18,678 nucleotides of DNA from Planctomycetota bacterium (GCA_036479435.1 JAZGFI010000237.1:1-18678); one strand, 5' to 3'; positions 8,521 through 17,999 are shown, numbered from the stretch's first letter. A program made the numbers and translations. The notes: a model not told the origin generated them from the letters alone.

Positions 8521-9206
8521 AAGTGAATCTTCAGGCAGGAGAAGCTCTTAAACGATAAATCGGGACGCCGTTCGGATTCTTCGAAGAAAGCAGGGAGTCG
8601 AACCGCACTCGGTATGTGAGCCGTCGATAGGCCAACCGCAGCGGCGGGTTCAATGTCTTTTTTCAGGCTGTTGCCGATCATCCAGGCCTGGTGACGATCT
8701 TCGTTGCTAATGCCGTGATGGCGCACCAAAGCCAAATAAGACGCGGGCGTCTTGTCGGGCATGATCTCGAAAGTCGAAAACCGAGGTAAAAGCGCAGATC
8801 TCTCCAGCTTGTCGAGCTGTTCTTTGTGATCTCCCATCGTGACCAGATGAAGGCGGTGTCGCTTTCCCAATTCATCGAGGGTCTCGGGCACCTCGGGGAA
8901 GGCTAGGATGTCGTGATGACGAACCTGATCGCTCAACTCCCGAAATCTCGGCCGTAAGTCATCGGCAAGCGCCGTATCAAAGACCGCCGCCGTCGTGTGC
9001 ATGCTGGCGGCTAAGCCCGAACTTCCGAAGTCACTCCTGGCGAGCCTTTGGGATTCGGACTTGCTCAGCTCGGACCGAACCCGAGACTCCAAAAAGCCGT
9101 GGCCAGCCAGCTCTTGAATGAAATGGTCGCGAGCCACATGAAAATACCGCGCGTTTTCCCAGAGCGTGTCGTCGGCATCGATGAAGAGATCGAGGCCTCC
9201 GTTCAT
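8517..9206 (-). CDS. HAD superfamily hydrolase
   Basis: Motif I FIDADDTLWEN, motif II LVTMG, motif III K (PDKT) and motif IV MIGNSLKKDI. The start overlaps the upstream stop (ATGA). Confidence 0.9.
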   Translation of the reverse strand: MNGGLDLFIDADDTLWENARYFHVARDHFIQELAGHGFLESRVRSELSKSESQRLARSDFGSSGLAASMHTTAAVFDTALADDLRPRFRELSDQVRHHDILAFPEVPETLDELGKRHRLHLVTMGDHKEQLDKLERSALLPRFSTFEIMPDKTPASYLALVRHHGISNEDRHQAWMIGNSLKKDIEPAAAVGLSTAHIPSAVRLPAFFEESERRPDLSFKSFSCLKIHF

Positions 9207-10435
9207 CCGCGGCTTTGGCTTTTCAGCGCTTGGTTTTCCTGTTGGTAGTTTGCGAGCGTCGCGGCAAATAGCGGCAAGGCGCGTTCGATCACCTTGCGGG
9301 GAACAGCGTAGCTGATGCGGATGTGCCCCGGCGTTCCAAATCCCCGCCCCGGAACGACCAAGACGCGTTGTTTGCGGAGAGCCTCGGTAAAGGCGACGTC
9401 ATCTCCGCCGGGCACTTTCGGAAAGAGAAAAAAGGCGCCTTGGGGTTCGATCATGTCGTAACCCGCGGCCTTTAGACCCTCAAAGATGAGGTCTCGATTG
9501 GATCGGTAAACTTCAACATCAACACTGAGATCGCCGCAAAGGGGCAGGACCCTTTGCATCAGAGCTGGCGCATTGACAAAGCCCAAGGTGCGAGTCGCTA
9601 TCGCCAGAGCCGAAAAAAGCTCCTCAACTCCGGGGCTCTCAGGATTGAGCAAGACGAATCCGATGCGTTCCCCGGCGAGGCCGAGGTCTTTGGAAAAACT
9701 CGTGACCACGACGCCGTAACGACAGTTGTTGATGACCGAACTATAGGCGCCGTCGTCGTAACGGATCTTTCGATAGGGCTCATCAGAAATCAAATAGACG
9801 GGCCGTCCCATGGATTCGGCGTGCTGTTCGACCAGTTTTCCGAGGCCCGCCAAACGCTCGTGTTCGTACACCACGCCAGTGGGGTTGTTCGGAGAGTTGT
9901 AGATGATGGCGCGGGTGCGCGGGGTCAAGGCCGCCGCGATCGCTTCGAGGTCGGGCTGGAAGTTCTCGTCGCTGGGAACTTCGACCACGACGCCGCCAAA
10001 GTTGCCGATATAGAAAACATATTCTGGAAAGTAGGGCGTCAACAAGATGACTTCGTCACCTGGATCGAGCAGGGATCGCAACAAGATATTGAGCCCGCCC
10101 GCAGCTCCACAAGTCATGACGATGTGGTTGATGTCAAACCGAGGACCGCCGTGTAGGGCTGATTCTTGATCGGCGAGGAAGCGCCTTGTTGTCTCCAGGC
10201 CGGTATTGGTCATGTAGCGATGGTCGTTGCCGCCGCTTTCTTTGGCCACCTGAACTAAGACTTCGCGAAAGCGACTGGGCGGTGGAACGCTGGGATTGCC
10301 GAGGGAAAAATCGAAGACCTCGTCTGGCCCGAATTGAGCCTTGAGCCGATTGCCCTCTTCAAACATCTGCCGAATCCATGAGGACTGCTCGATGCCTTTT
10401 CGCATCGACTCAGAAATGGTGCGTCCGGTCGTCAT
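9203..10435 (-). CDS. Class I/II PLP-dependent aminotransferase (aspartate aminotransferase-like)
   Basis: SWIRQMFEEG, FSLGNP, NSPNNPTG, SDEPY, SFSKDLGLAGERIG (PLP Lys) and HIRISY. ATG 10435 is preceded by AGGAGG. Confidence 0.92.
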   Translation of the reverse strand: MTTGRTISESMRKGIEQSSWIRQMFEEGNRLKAQFGPDEVFDFSLGNPSVPPPSRFREVLVQVAKESGGNDHRYMTNTGLETTRRFLADQESALHGGPRFDINHIVMTCGAAGGLNILLRSLLDPGDEVILLTPYFPEYVFYIGNFGGVVVEVPSDENFQPDLEAIAAALTPRTRAIIYNSPNNPTGVVYEHERLAGLGKLVEQHAESMGRPVYLISDEPYRKIRYDDGAYSSVINNCRYGVVVTSFSKDLGLAGERIGFVLLNPESPGVEELFSALAIATRTLGFVNAPALMQRVLPLCGDLSVDVEVYRSNRDLIFEGLKAAGYDMIEPQGAFFLFPKVPGGDDVAFTEALRKQRVLVVPGRGFGTPGHIRISYAVPRKVIERALPLFAATLANYQQENQALKSQSRG

Positions 10436-10530
10436 GAACCTCCTGTTCGCGTTTGACATGGTCTGAGGAGTTTCGCTCCTCGCGGTAGATAGAGATGAGT
10501 ACTCTAACAGCAAAGTGAAAGCTCAGCTTT

Positions 10531-11136
10531 TTAGTGTATCAGCTTCAAGGCGGCAATTCCGCCAACGAGGAGGACCGCAAAAGCGATAGCGCAGCGGTCG
10601 AAGTTCTTTTCTAAAAAGGTCTTCATGGGCGCCCCGTAGCGTTTGACGAGGCCCGCGACGAGAAAAAAGCGAGCGGATCGGCCCACCAAAGAGGCCATCA
10701 AAAAAAGGCCCAAGGGCATCCCGAGCGCCCCCGAAGCAATCGTGATGATCTTGTAGGGGATGGGCGTAAACCCGGCGAGAAACACGATCAAAAATCCGTG
10801 TTCGAGATAGCTCGATTCAAAGCGTGCGAATTTGTCGGGGCTGAAGCCGGGGATGTAGTCAAAGAAAAACCCGGACACCGAACCCCAAAGGACAGCTCCA
10901 ATGAGGTAGCCGAAAAGGCCCCCCAGGACGCTGGCGAAGCTCGTGATGAAGGCATACCACCAGGACTTGTCGCGCCTAGACATGCCCAGGGCGATGAGCA
11001 AAGGATCGGGGGGGATGGGGAAAAAAGACGACTCGGCGAAGGAAATGCCAAACAAAGCCCAGGAGCCGCGAGGATGTTCGGCCCAAGAAAGGACCCAATT
11101 GTAAAGACGGCGAACAATGTGCGGTCGGGATGCCAT
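10531..11136 (-). CDS. DedA/YqaA family membrane protein
   Basis: SFAESSFFPIPPDPLL, SVLGGLFGYLIG, AGFTPIPYKIITIASG and SLVGRSARFFL. ATG 11136 has an AAGGGG RBS; 11166 is an alternative start. Confidence 0.9.
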   Translation of the reverse strand: MASRPHIVRRLYNWVLSWAEHPRGSWALFGISFAESSFFPIPPDPLLIALGMSRRDKSWWYAFITSFASVLGGLFGYLIGAVLWGSVSGFFFDYIPGFSPDKFARFESSYLEHGFLIVFLAGFTPIPYKIITIASGALGMPLGLFLMASLVGRSARFFLVAGLVKRYGAPMKTFLEKNFDRCAIAFAVLLVGGIAALKLIH

Positions 11137-11269
11137 GGAGCCCCTTTTATCAAGCCCCTCTGCCATCCCCCAGGGTGGGGGTTTTCGAGCTGGATCTGCC
11201 GACTATGATGCCTCCTACACATGACTCACATCTCGTGGGCCTACGCTCATATTCTCCAAGGAAGAATCG

Positions 11270-13255
11270 ATGCCTGATTCGGCTGGCTCAAAACCTGTGG
11301 TAAGCGTCGTGGTTGGCACGGCAGGCCACATCGACCACGGTAAGTCGAGTTTAATCGAGCAATTGACGGGAACGCACCCCAGTCGGCTCAAAGAAGAACA
11401 AGAGCGCGGAATGACGATCGACATCGGCTATGCCGAGCTGCCGCTCTCTGAGACCGCGACGGCTGGGATCATCGATGTGCCGGGCCACGAGAAGTTTATT
11501 CGCAACATGGTCGCCGGGGCCACGGGCGTCGACTTCGGACTCATGGTAGTGGCGGCCGACGACGGCGTCATGACGCAAACGCGCGAGCATCTTCAGATCA
11601 TGCGCTTGCTCGGCATTGAACGCGGCGCCACAGTGATCACGAAGATCGACGCCGTGGATTCCGACCTTCAAGAATTAGTCAAAGAGGAAATCGCCGAGTT
11701 CTTAGAGGGCACTTTCTTAGAAGACGCTCCCATGTTTTCGGTCTCCAACACGACGGGGGAGGGGATCGACGAATTCAGGACTTGGCTCATCAAAGCTCTC
11801 AGCGAGATTCCGCCGCGGCCTGAGGGCGGCGTGTTTCGGATGCCGATCCAACGCAGCTTTTCGGTGAAAGGCCACGGCACGGTCGTGACCGGGGTACCGG
11901 TAACCGGCAAAGTCCGCGTTGGCGATGAATTGGAGTTGCTGCCGAAGGGCAAAAAGGTCCGTACCCGCGGCTTGCAGGTTCATCACCAGCCAGCCGAAGA
12001 GGCCAGCGTCGGCCACCGCACCGCCTTGAACATCACCGATGTCAACTGGAAAGAAGTCAACCGCGGCGATGTGCTGGCGACGCCCGGCTACTTCAGTACG
12101 GCCTCAATGCTCGAAGCTCGCCTAGAATACCTCGATCATCATCCCGCGCCGATGCGCAACGATGTTCCGGTGCGCTTTCATACCGGCACCGCTGATGTCG
12201 GTGGCCGCGTCATCATCTTGGATAAGAAAGTGATCTTGCCCGGCGAATCCGCCTTGGTGCAGATCCGACTTGAAGAACCCGTCGTAGTCGCCGCCAACGA
12301 CCGCTACATCGTGCGTTTGGCCAGCCCCGTGATCACCCTGGGCGGTGGGGTCATCGTCGGCGAGACAAAGTGGCGCTTCAAGCGCATGCGCGATTGGTTG
12401 AACGAAAACCTCGAGCAAAAAGAAGCTCACCTCGGCGACGAGCTGGGCTACTTGGAGTACGTCATCAGAAGCCAAGGCAAAGTCGTCAGCTCGGCCGATG
12501 ACTTGGCGCTTGCGATCAAAGGGTCACGCGACGAGACGATCACTCGGCTGGAATCCCTCATCGAGAAGGGCCGCGTGGTCTCGGCCGGAACGCGCCGGGG
12601 CTATGTACACGCCGACATGTTCGATGCCGCCGCCGAAGATCTTGGCAATGGGCTTTTGCGACTGCACAAGGCCGACCCTCTGCAGGCCGGGTTTCAGCCC
12701 AACCAGATCACCCGCGAATCTCACCTCGAGTTGGAGTTAGTCGAGGCCTTGGTCGCCCACCTCATCAAGAAGAAGAAACTGGAGATCCTCGGTCGCAACC
12801 TCATTCGTCACCGCAAATTCTCGGGAGGTCTATCGCGCGAGGACTTAAGGCTCGTCACGCGGGTAGAAGCGATGCACGCCGAAAACCCCTTTGCCAGTCC
12901 GATCTTCAGCGCAATCGTGGAGGACTTGGGGAAGCCAGTGAAAAAGGTAAAGGAGCTCATGGGCTTTCTTCACCAAATGGGAACTCTGATTCCCATCGCA
13001 TCAGATCTCTCGTTGCATACCGACGCCGTGCAAGAAGCCGAACGTCTCTTGGTCGCTCGCATTTCTTCGGGAGGCCCCATGCCTTCCAAAGAATTCAAAG
13101 ACATCGTCGCAACGACGCGCAAATATGTCATCCCTTTACTCGAGTACTTCGACAAAAAAGGCGTCACCGCCCGCGACGGCAACGACCGCAACCTCACCCC
13201 CAATTGGCGCGAAAAATGCTTCGCCGAAACAGCTGAAGCCAATCCCGAAAACTAA
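11270..13255 (+). CDS. selB: Selenocysteine-specific translation elongation factor SelB
   Basis: [31 protein letters not shown] and TKID, EF-Tu-like domains II/III, and a long C-terminal winged-helix extension ending [13 protein letters not shown]. Confidence 0.95.
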   Translation: MPDSAGSKPVVSVVVGTAGHIDHGKSSLIEQLTGTHPSRLKEEQERGMTIDIGYAELPLSETATAGIIDVPGHEKFIRNMVAGATGVDFGLMVVAADDGVMTQTREHLQIMRLLGIERGATVITKIDAVDSDLQELVKEEIAEFLEGTFLEDAPMFSVSNTTGEGIDEFRTWLIKALSEIPPRPEGGVFRMPIQRSFSVKGHGTVVTGVPVTGKVRVGDELELLPKGKKVRTRGLQVHHQPAEEASVGHRTALNITDVNWKEVNRGDVLATPGYFSTASMLEARLEYLDHHPAPMRNDVPVRFHTGTADVGGRVIILDKKVILPGESALVQIRLEEPVVVAANDRYIVRLASPVITLGGGVIVGETKWRFKRMRDWLNENLEQKEAHLGDELGYLEYVIRSQGKVVSSADDLALAIKGSRDETITRLESLIEKGRVVSAGTRRGYVHADMFDAAAEDLGNGLLRLHKADPLQAGFQPNQITRESHLELELVEALVAHLIKKKKLEILGRNLIRHRKFSGGLSREDLRLVTRVEAMHAENPFASPIFSAIVEDLGKPVKKVKELMGFLHQMGTLIPIASDLSLHTDAVQEAERLLVARISSGGPMPSKEFKDIVATTRKYVIPLLEYFDKKGVTARDGNDRNLTPNWREKCFAETAEANPEN

Positions 13256-13287
13256 GTTCTGGACCTCCCTTCCAAGGTAAAAGTCCG

Positions 13288-13732
13288 CTGCGCCAGGCGA
13301 AGCTGGCGCCATCCAGTCAGATGAATGCAGCTGACCATGTAAAGAGACGACGAAACATGTAGCAGACTGGGCGTGCGGGTCAGTGATGGCGGGTGCGAAG
13401 CCCCGGCGAGCGAGACCGCCAGCCACAGCGTGAGCGAAGCGATGGTATGAAGCCTCGTTACTTACAAATTGGGAGCGGCCAATCTCTCGGACATGCCGAA
13501 GCCAGCACGAGCAGGGAAGACGTCGACACGTGCACCTGTTCGGCTCCTCGGGGTTCAGTCGGGCAGCGGGTGATCAAGGATGGTGTCGGAACCTGGGAGG
13601 CCCTGTTGGCCGGGTTCGTGACCCTATGTGGCGTGGGAAGACATAGCCGCGTCGCAGGTCAACAGGGATTCGGACGGTCCCACAGTAGCTGTGAAGCCGG
13701 GCAACTGTGGTGGAGCAAAGGGGCCCGACTTC
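13288..13732 (+). mobile_element. Decayed, ORF-less 5' fragment of a group II intron (domains I-III, IIB-like)
   Basis: Intron-like motifs occur in the canonical order: (C)TGCGCCAGGC 5' end, TAGCAGACTGGGC..GAAGC (Ic), TATGAAGCCTCGTTA, ATGCCGA..GGGAAG, CTCGGGGT, GGAACCTGGGAGGCCCT (DI/DII junction) and TCGGACGGTCCCACAGTAGC.GTGAAGCCGGGCAAC..GGTGGAGCAAAGGGGCCCGA (DIII). No RT ORF or DV/DVI follows. Confidence 0.75.
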
Positions 13733-13949
13733 CATCGGAAGGGAACATCGAGTCCACTGGCGCGCCCTTCAGCGGCGATTTCATCGTCATCCGTCGCAAA
13801 GGACCACATCGACGCGATTCCAAGCCACAATTCGGCCTCCTTTGGACTCGCGAACTCTACCGAGATCACCGGTATCGCTCACGGGCTTTTGGGGCCAAAT
13901 CTCGCCGAGGGAAACCCTGCTCTTTCCAGGATTCGAACCGGCAGAACCC

Positions 13950-13982
13950 AAAAAAAGCGGCGCCGGCCGAAGCCAGCGCCGC
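13950..13982 (-). terminator. Rho-independent terminator for the 14004-16850 gene
   Basis: The minus strand reads GCGGCGCTGGC-TTCG-GCCGGCGCCGC-TTTTTTT: an 11-bp stem (one G-U), a cUUCGg loop and a U7 tract, starting about 20 nt after the stop. Confidence 0.88.
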
Positions 13983-14003
13983 CGAGTTCTCCAGTTCGGC
14001 CCT

Positions 14004-16850
14004 TTACTGGAATCGCACTTCGGTGCCGAAGCCAGCGGCAAAGAAAGTGTTGCCAGCAATCGGCGACAAGGCAATCGACTGCACCATCAAGCTTAGTCCG
14101 CTCAGGCCTGGCGGGATCAAGAAGGAGTGCAGATTGCCTCCGGGTTGCACGACTTCATTTGGTCCGAGCGGCGAACCTGCATTGCCATTAATCAGCGCAA
14201 AGGGTCCGGGCACGCCACCGGGGCTCACCGCGAGGCCGAGGGACGGAATGCCCGCCGGGGGCAATCCGGGGGTGAAGAACTGAGCCAAGATCGCGAAGGG
14301 TTCGAAATCAAAAGTTCCGTTCGGAGAGAATCCGAAGATATTGACCACATCACCGGCGGCGGGCTCGACGATTCCCGAGCAAGAGGGGGCATCGCCATTG
14401 ACATCGACCAGCTGAACGAAGTCCTCATTGGTTCCGAGATACAATGGACCTCCCAAGGGATTGAAGACCCCTGCCCCGTCATTCACGAGAATGATCGAGA
14501 GTCCTTCCAGAGCGCGGATACAGCAATCGAGATCCAGATCGAGGTCGTAGTCGACGAGTTGATAGCTGTGGGGAATGAAGTCCAACGGGAGTTGGAAGAT
14601 CTGGGACGGGAACGGAAATGAGTTGACTTGATTGATGACCTCGATCACGAAGAAAGGCTGGCCTTGATCCTTGCGGATCAGCACGCTTTCGTCCGGATTG
14701 CTGTCGCCATCGAGATCTTCAATCGACTGTACGTAGAGGGGTGGTGACGATCCGGGCAGGAGTGTCAGGTCTTTTTCTTCACCGTCCGGGCGCAGCAACC
14801 TGCCACCGGTCGGTCCCCAAAAGTCGATCGTGGTGAGCCGCGACTCATCGTCTTCCTCAAGAATCAATTCGTAGAGGTGATTGCGTTCCTCGGCGCTGCC
14901 GCCGGGGTTGCCCCGCGAAAAGTGAAGTCGCGGCGGATCTTGAGTGAGAATCAGCGTGTCGTCAGCGGAATCGCCGTTGATATCCGTCGCACCGAGCTTG
15001 CCGATCATGTGGCCGTAGTCCGGGAGGTAGTAGTCCGTGGCACCAGATGCCGTCTCGATGCGAATCAGGTTGTTGTCGCAAGGAAAGCCCGAGGCCGGCC
15101 CGATGATCAGTCCTGCGCCGAGGTTGTTAGTGCCGCCCATCCCGAAAATCAGACTGCCGTTACTCAAGCTACGGACGGTCGTGGCATCTCCTGGGTTGGC
15201 ATCGGTTTCCAGAAATCCCGAGCACAATCCCGAGCTGTTGCGCATCGCGGGATCGGTTTGAGGTTTTACCTGGGCGACGTTTTGGCCGACAAAACAAGGA
15301 CCGGGAGCCGCAATACACCAACCTCCGGGGCAAGCGCCCTGTCCCGCAATCGCCACCACCGGTGCCCAGCCGTGGCGCATGCTGGAGGGAATGGTCGAGA
15401 ATACAAAAGTCACTTCGCCCGGATTCAACTCATAGATGTCCTGCCAGAACACGTAACCACCCGCCGCCGTGAGACAGGGGTCTTGGTAGACCACGAAGGG
15501 AACCGCCGCATTGGGCAAACCATCGGGGCCGAGTTCTACCGCCGTGATTTCTCCGCTTTCTTCGTTCGTCAGCAAGAGGCCTTGGCCAATTCCGCCGAGG
15601 GTAAAGACTTCGGGTAGCGAGTCGTAGATTCCAACTCCATCTAAGTCGGGATCGAGACCAAACACGCCCGGCAAGTTGAGGCTCGGCGTCGCAAGGGCGG
15701 GCTCCGGAACGAGATCGCCGTCGGTGTCTTTCCAAAAATGGAGCTGACTTCCAGTCAAAGAATAGGTGGAGACGACGAGAGTCAATTCTTCCTGTTCGTT
15801 CAGGAAAGCCATCGCCTGAGTGACTGATCCTGAAGGAACCAAATACTGATGGACGGTCCCATTCACATCTTCGATCGAAACACCATCTCGGGCGGCGGCC
15901 TTCTTCGGGAACGCCAAGGGACTTCTCGGAAGGTTCTTGTAGTAGTTCCCCCATTTGGCCCGATTGGCAGTACCCGCAGCCAAGGGCGGATTGAAGATAT
16001 CATTGAGGCGCGTCGTCAGTTCCTTCTTACTGTTTTTGATGTACTGGTGCACCTTGGCGATTTCTGCCGCCGCGCCCGCTCCGCAGCCCGTCAGAAACTT
16101 GCCGAATCCAGGAACCGTTTGAGCGTCCGCGTTGACCCCCGCGACATTGACATGTGGCACGCAGGGAGCAGCTTCCAGTGAATCGAGCAGGCGACAGAGA
16201 ACTTTGAGGGAGAAGGTGTCCGAGTCGCGTTCCGCGTCGCAATGCACGGGATAAGTTCCGTTCGGGATTTGGAAAACATGAATGAGTTCGTTCACGATCG
16301 AACGGATGAACTGCATCTTGTAAGCGGTCTTGTTGAAGCTCGGTCCCACGAAGAAGCCACACACTTTGGTCCAGAGTTCATCGTGAATCAGAATGAGGTC
16401 CGCATCGGTACCTTCGACCAAATAGGTCGCCGCCCACTTGTACTCGCAACTAAAGCGAATCCGGTCATCATTGATTAGCTTGCGCAGGTGGTCGAGGGCA
16501 TGTTTGACCGTGGTATCCACCTCGACTTCTTCGCCGCCTTTTTTGACCGTAGTCTTTTCGTAGCTCACATTGGGATCGACGCCGCCAGCTGGAAAAGGGT
16601 TCTTCAGCAGATCTTTCAGCTTGACATCAAGGCAACCCTTCTTACCGCCAACCACCGGAGTCGACATCGCCGACTCAATGAGATCGACGATCTTGAGCAT
16701 CTTTTTTTTGTCATCATCATCGGTTTTCACGACCCATTGGGCCGAAGCTCCGAGCGGCAACAGCGCAAAGAAAATAACCACGAATAACAGGACGAGATGA
16801 CGGGAATAGGATCTTGAGTTTTTTGGCCTGGGCACAACGGTAGCGCACAT
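14004..16850 (-). CDS. Large secreted hypothetical protein: zincin-like N-terminal domain (NExxH), DxDxD Ca-binding/FG-GAP-like repeats, Pro/Gly-rich C-terminal domain
   Basis: ATG 16850 follows AAGGAG, and the signal peptide ends ASA-Q. Motifs include SIVNELIHVFQ..CDAERD, DTDGDLVPE, DINGDSADD, DLDGDSNPD and DYDLDLDLD. It is followed by its own terminator. Confidence 0.8.
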   Translation of the reverse strand: MCATVVPRPKNSRSYSRHLVLLFVVIFFALLPLGASAQWVVKTDDDDKKKMLKIVDLIESAMSTPVVGGKKGCLDVKLKDLLKNPFPAGGVDPNVSYEKTTVKKGGEEVEVDTTVKHALDHLRKLINDDRIRFSCEYKWAATYLVEGTDADLILIHDELWTKVCGFFVGPSFNKTAYKMQFIRSIVNELIHVFQIPNGTYPVHCDAERDSDTFSLKVLCRLLDSLEAAPCVPHVNVAGVNADAQTVPGFGKFLTGCGAGAAAEIAKVHQYIKNSKKELTTRLNDIFNPPLAAGTANRAKWGNYYKNLPRSPLAFPKKAAARDGVSIEDVNGTVHQYLVPSGSVTQAMAFLNEQEELTLVVSTYSLTGSQLHFWKDTDGDLVPEPALATPSLNLPGVFGLDPDLDGVGIYDSLPEVFTLGGIGQGLLLTNEESGEITAVELGPDGLPNAAVPFVVYQDPCLTAAGGYVFWQDIYELNPGEVTFVFSTIPSSMRHGWAPVVAIAGQGACPGGWCIAAPGPCFVGQNVAQVKPQTDPAMRNSSGLCSGFLETDANPGDATTVRSLSNGSLIFGMGGTNNLGAGLIIGPASGFPCDNNLIRIETASGATDYYLPDYGHMIGKLGATDINGDSADDTLILTQDPPRLHFSRGNPGGSAEERNHLYELILEEDDESRLTTIDFWGPTGGRLLRPDGEEKDLTLLPGSSPPLYVQSIEDLDGDSNPDESVLIRKDQGQPFFVIEVINQVNSFPFPSQIFQLPLDFIPHSYQLVDYDLDLDLDCCIRALEGLSIILVNDGAGVFNPLGGPLYLGTNEDFVQLVDVNGDAPSCSGIVEPAAGDVVNIFGFSPNGTFDFEPFAILAQFFTPGLPPAGIPSLGLAVSPGGVPGPFALINGNAGSPLGPNEVVQPGGNLHSFLIPPGLSGLSLMVQSIALSPIAGNTFFAAGFGTEVRFQ

Positions 16851-17043
16851 AGCAGGAGCTCCTTTTTTAGGTTGGACTGGGAGAGAGCCGACGGGAAAGC
16901 GTGTCGTTCTCAGAGTCGCCTTGGATTTCTTGGAACAACGACGGAACACCCGTGTCGCTCAATAGCTACACGCGAAGTGGCTCCCAACAGATCAATGGAT
17001 ACAGGATAATTTGACGCCGCAGAAAACCGCTGCTGCCTCTTGA

Positions 17044-17145
17044 TCAACCCTGGTCTTTGGAGGCTGCGCTTGGAAAGTAGACCCGGAAGATGCTGCCGCT
17101 GCCCAGCATCGATTCCAATTCGATGTGGCCACCAGATTGAAAGAC
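17044..17145 (-). pseudogene. Remnant of a sensor histidine kinase HATPase_c C-terminus
   Basis: VFQSGGHIELESMLGSGSIFRVYFP matches the typical V-x-QSGGHI-x-VES-x-x-G-x-GT-x-F-x-VYFP ending of HATPase_c domains. No G1/G2 boxes lie upstream in frame. Confidence 0.55.
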
Positions 17146-17418
17146 TGGACGGCGAACTCGGCATAGATTTCTGACATGGGTTTCGTGGCTTGACTCCCTG
17201 ATCGAGACCCACGCGGAGATTCGGAAAATGAAATTCGCCTGAGGAAGGCAAAGAAGGGGTCGATCGCAAACGAAGACTATAGAGGGTCCGTAGTGGCGGT
17301 CTGATTCTGCGAAATACGTCAGGGAACAGGCGAAACGAAGCTCGCGAAACAGAAGCCAGCCCGAAAGCTCAAACACAAAACTTGGAAACGAGACGGAAAA
17401 CGCCGAAATGAGCGTCAG

Positions 17419-17697
17419 CTAAGATGATGTCGCTGGACTAAGGATTAGCGCAGCTTGCTCGTTCCTCGCAACTCGGCGGCTTCGCCTCCCGAGACGATCG
17501 CGGAGGGCATCACGGCAAAAAAGGCGGAAAGCGGGAAGGCAGGCAAAGAGAAAGAAGCCCGAGCCCAAAACAACCCCAGCGACCGGCGCGCCCGAGATGC
17601 CCCAGTTCGCCGAAAAACCCGCCAAATTACCGGCAGGCAAGGCCAGGACGACCGCCACAAAGGGCAAAGTCAAGTCTCCGAGGGATACACGATTCAA
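17419..17697 (-). CDS. Possible small two-TM membrane protein or gene fragment
   Basis: Two hydrophobic stretches followed by a basic tail, with a TTG start. No recognised family. Confidence 0.3.
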   Translation of the reverse strand: MNRVSLGDLTLPFVAVVLALPAGNLAGFSANWGISGAPVAGVVLGSGFFLFACLPAFRLFCRDALRDRLGRRSRRVARNEQAALILSPATSS

Positions 17698-17999
17698 TCC
17701 GATTCGAAACCCGTGACGGGGCGCTCAAAGGCTTAGAAGCGACGCGGCAAAAAGCGGGGTGGAGTCAAACCGATGCAGGTTGAGGCCGCGGCAGCTCTCG
17801 ACTTGTTCGCAAAACGATTCGAGGAGAAGCGGGGACGATCGCCGTAGGAGCGCACTGGCGGCCAATCCCGTATTGCGATCCTCGCCGAGTTCCGCAAAGC
17901 CCTCGTCGCTGAGCCAACTCCGCCAGGGGTGATCGGCGCGGCTATCGACGCTTTCCTTGGTGTCAGCATCCAACTTAGTCGAGGGCAATTCGGCGGTTT

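Noticed and set aside
13640..13649. 10-mer GACATAGCCG identical to 124-133, which spans the left intron's 3' splice site
   Set aside because: It is short and was noticed post hoc. Here it forms part of a local DII hairpin (CTATGT/ACATAG), and I see no mechanism linking the two.
13735..13949. Searched for DV/DVI or a tRNA. Noted an AGGG-AAA-CCCT hairpin, a minus-strand GGTTCGAATCC, and a minus-strand peptide ISVEFASPKEAELWL after a TGA
   Set aside because: There is no AGC/CGC-triad DV stem, the T-stem pairs poorly with no cloverleaf, and the peptide has no recognisable family or start.
13393..14283. 296-aa and 187-aa plus-strand ORFs over the intron fragment
   Set aside because: They have no RT motifs and non-protein-like composition, and they overlap structured RNA, a terminator and the antisense CDS.
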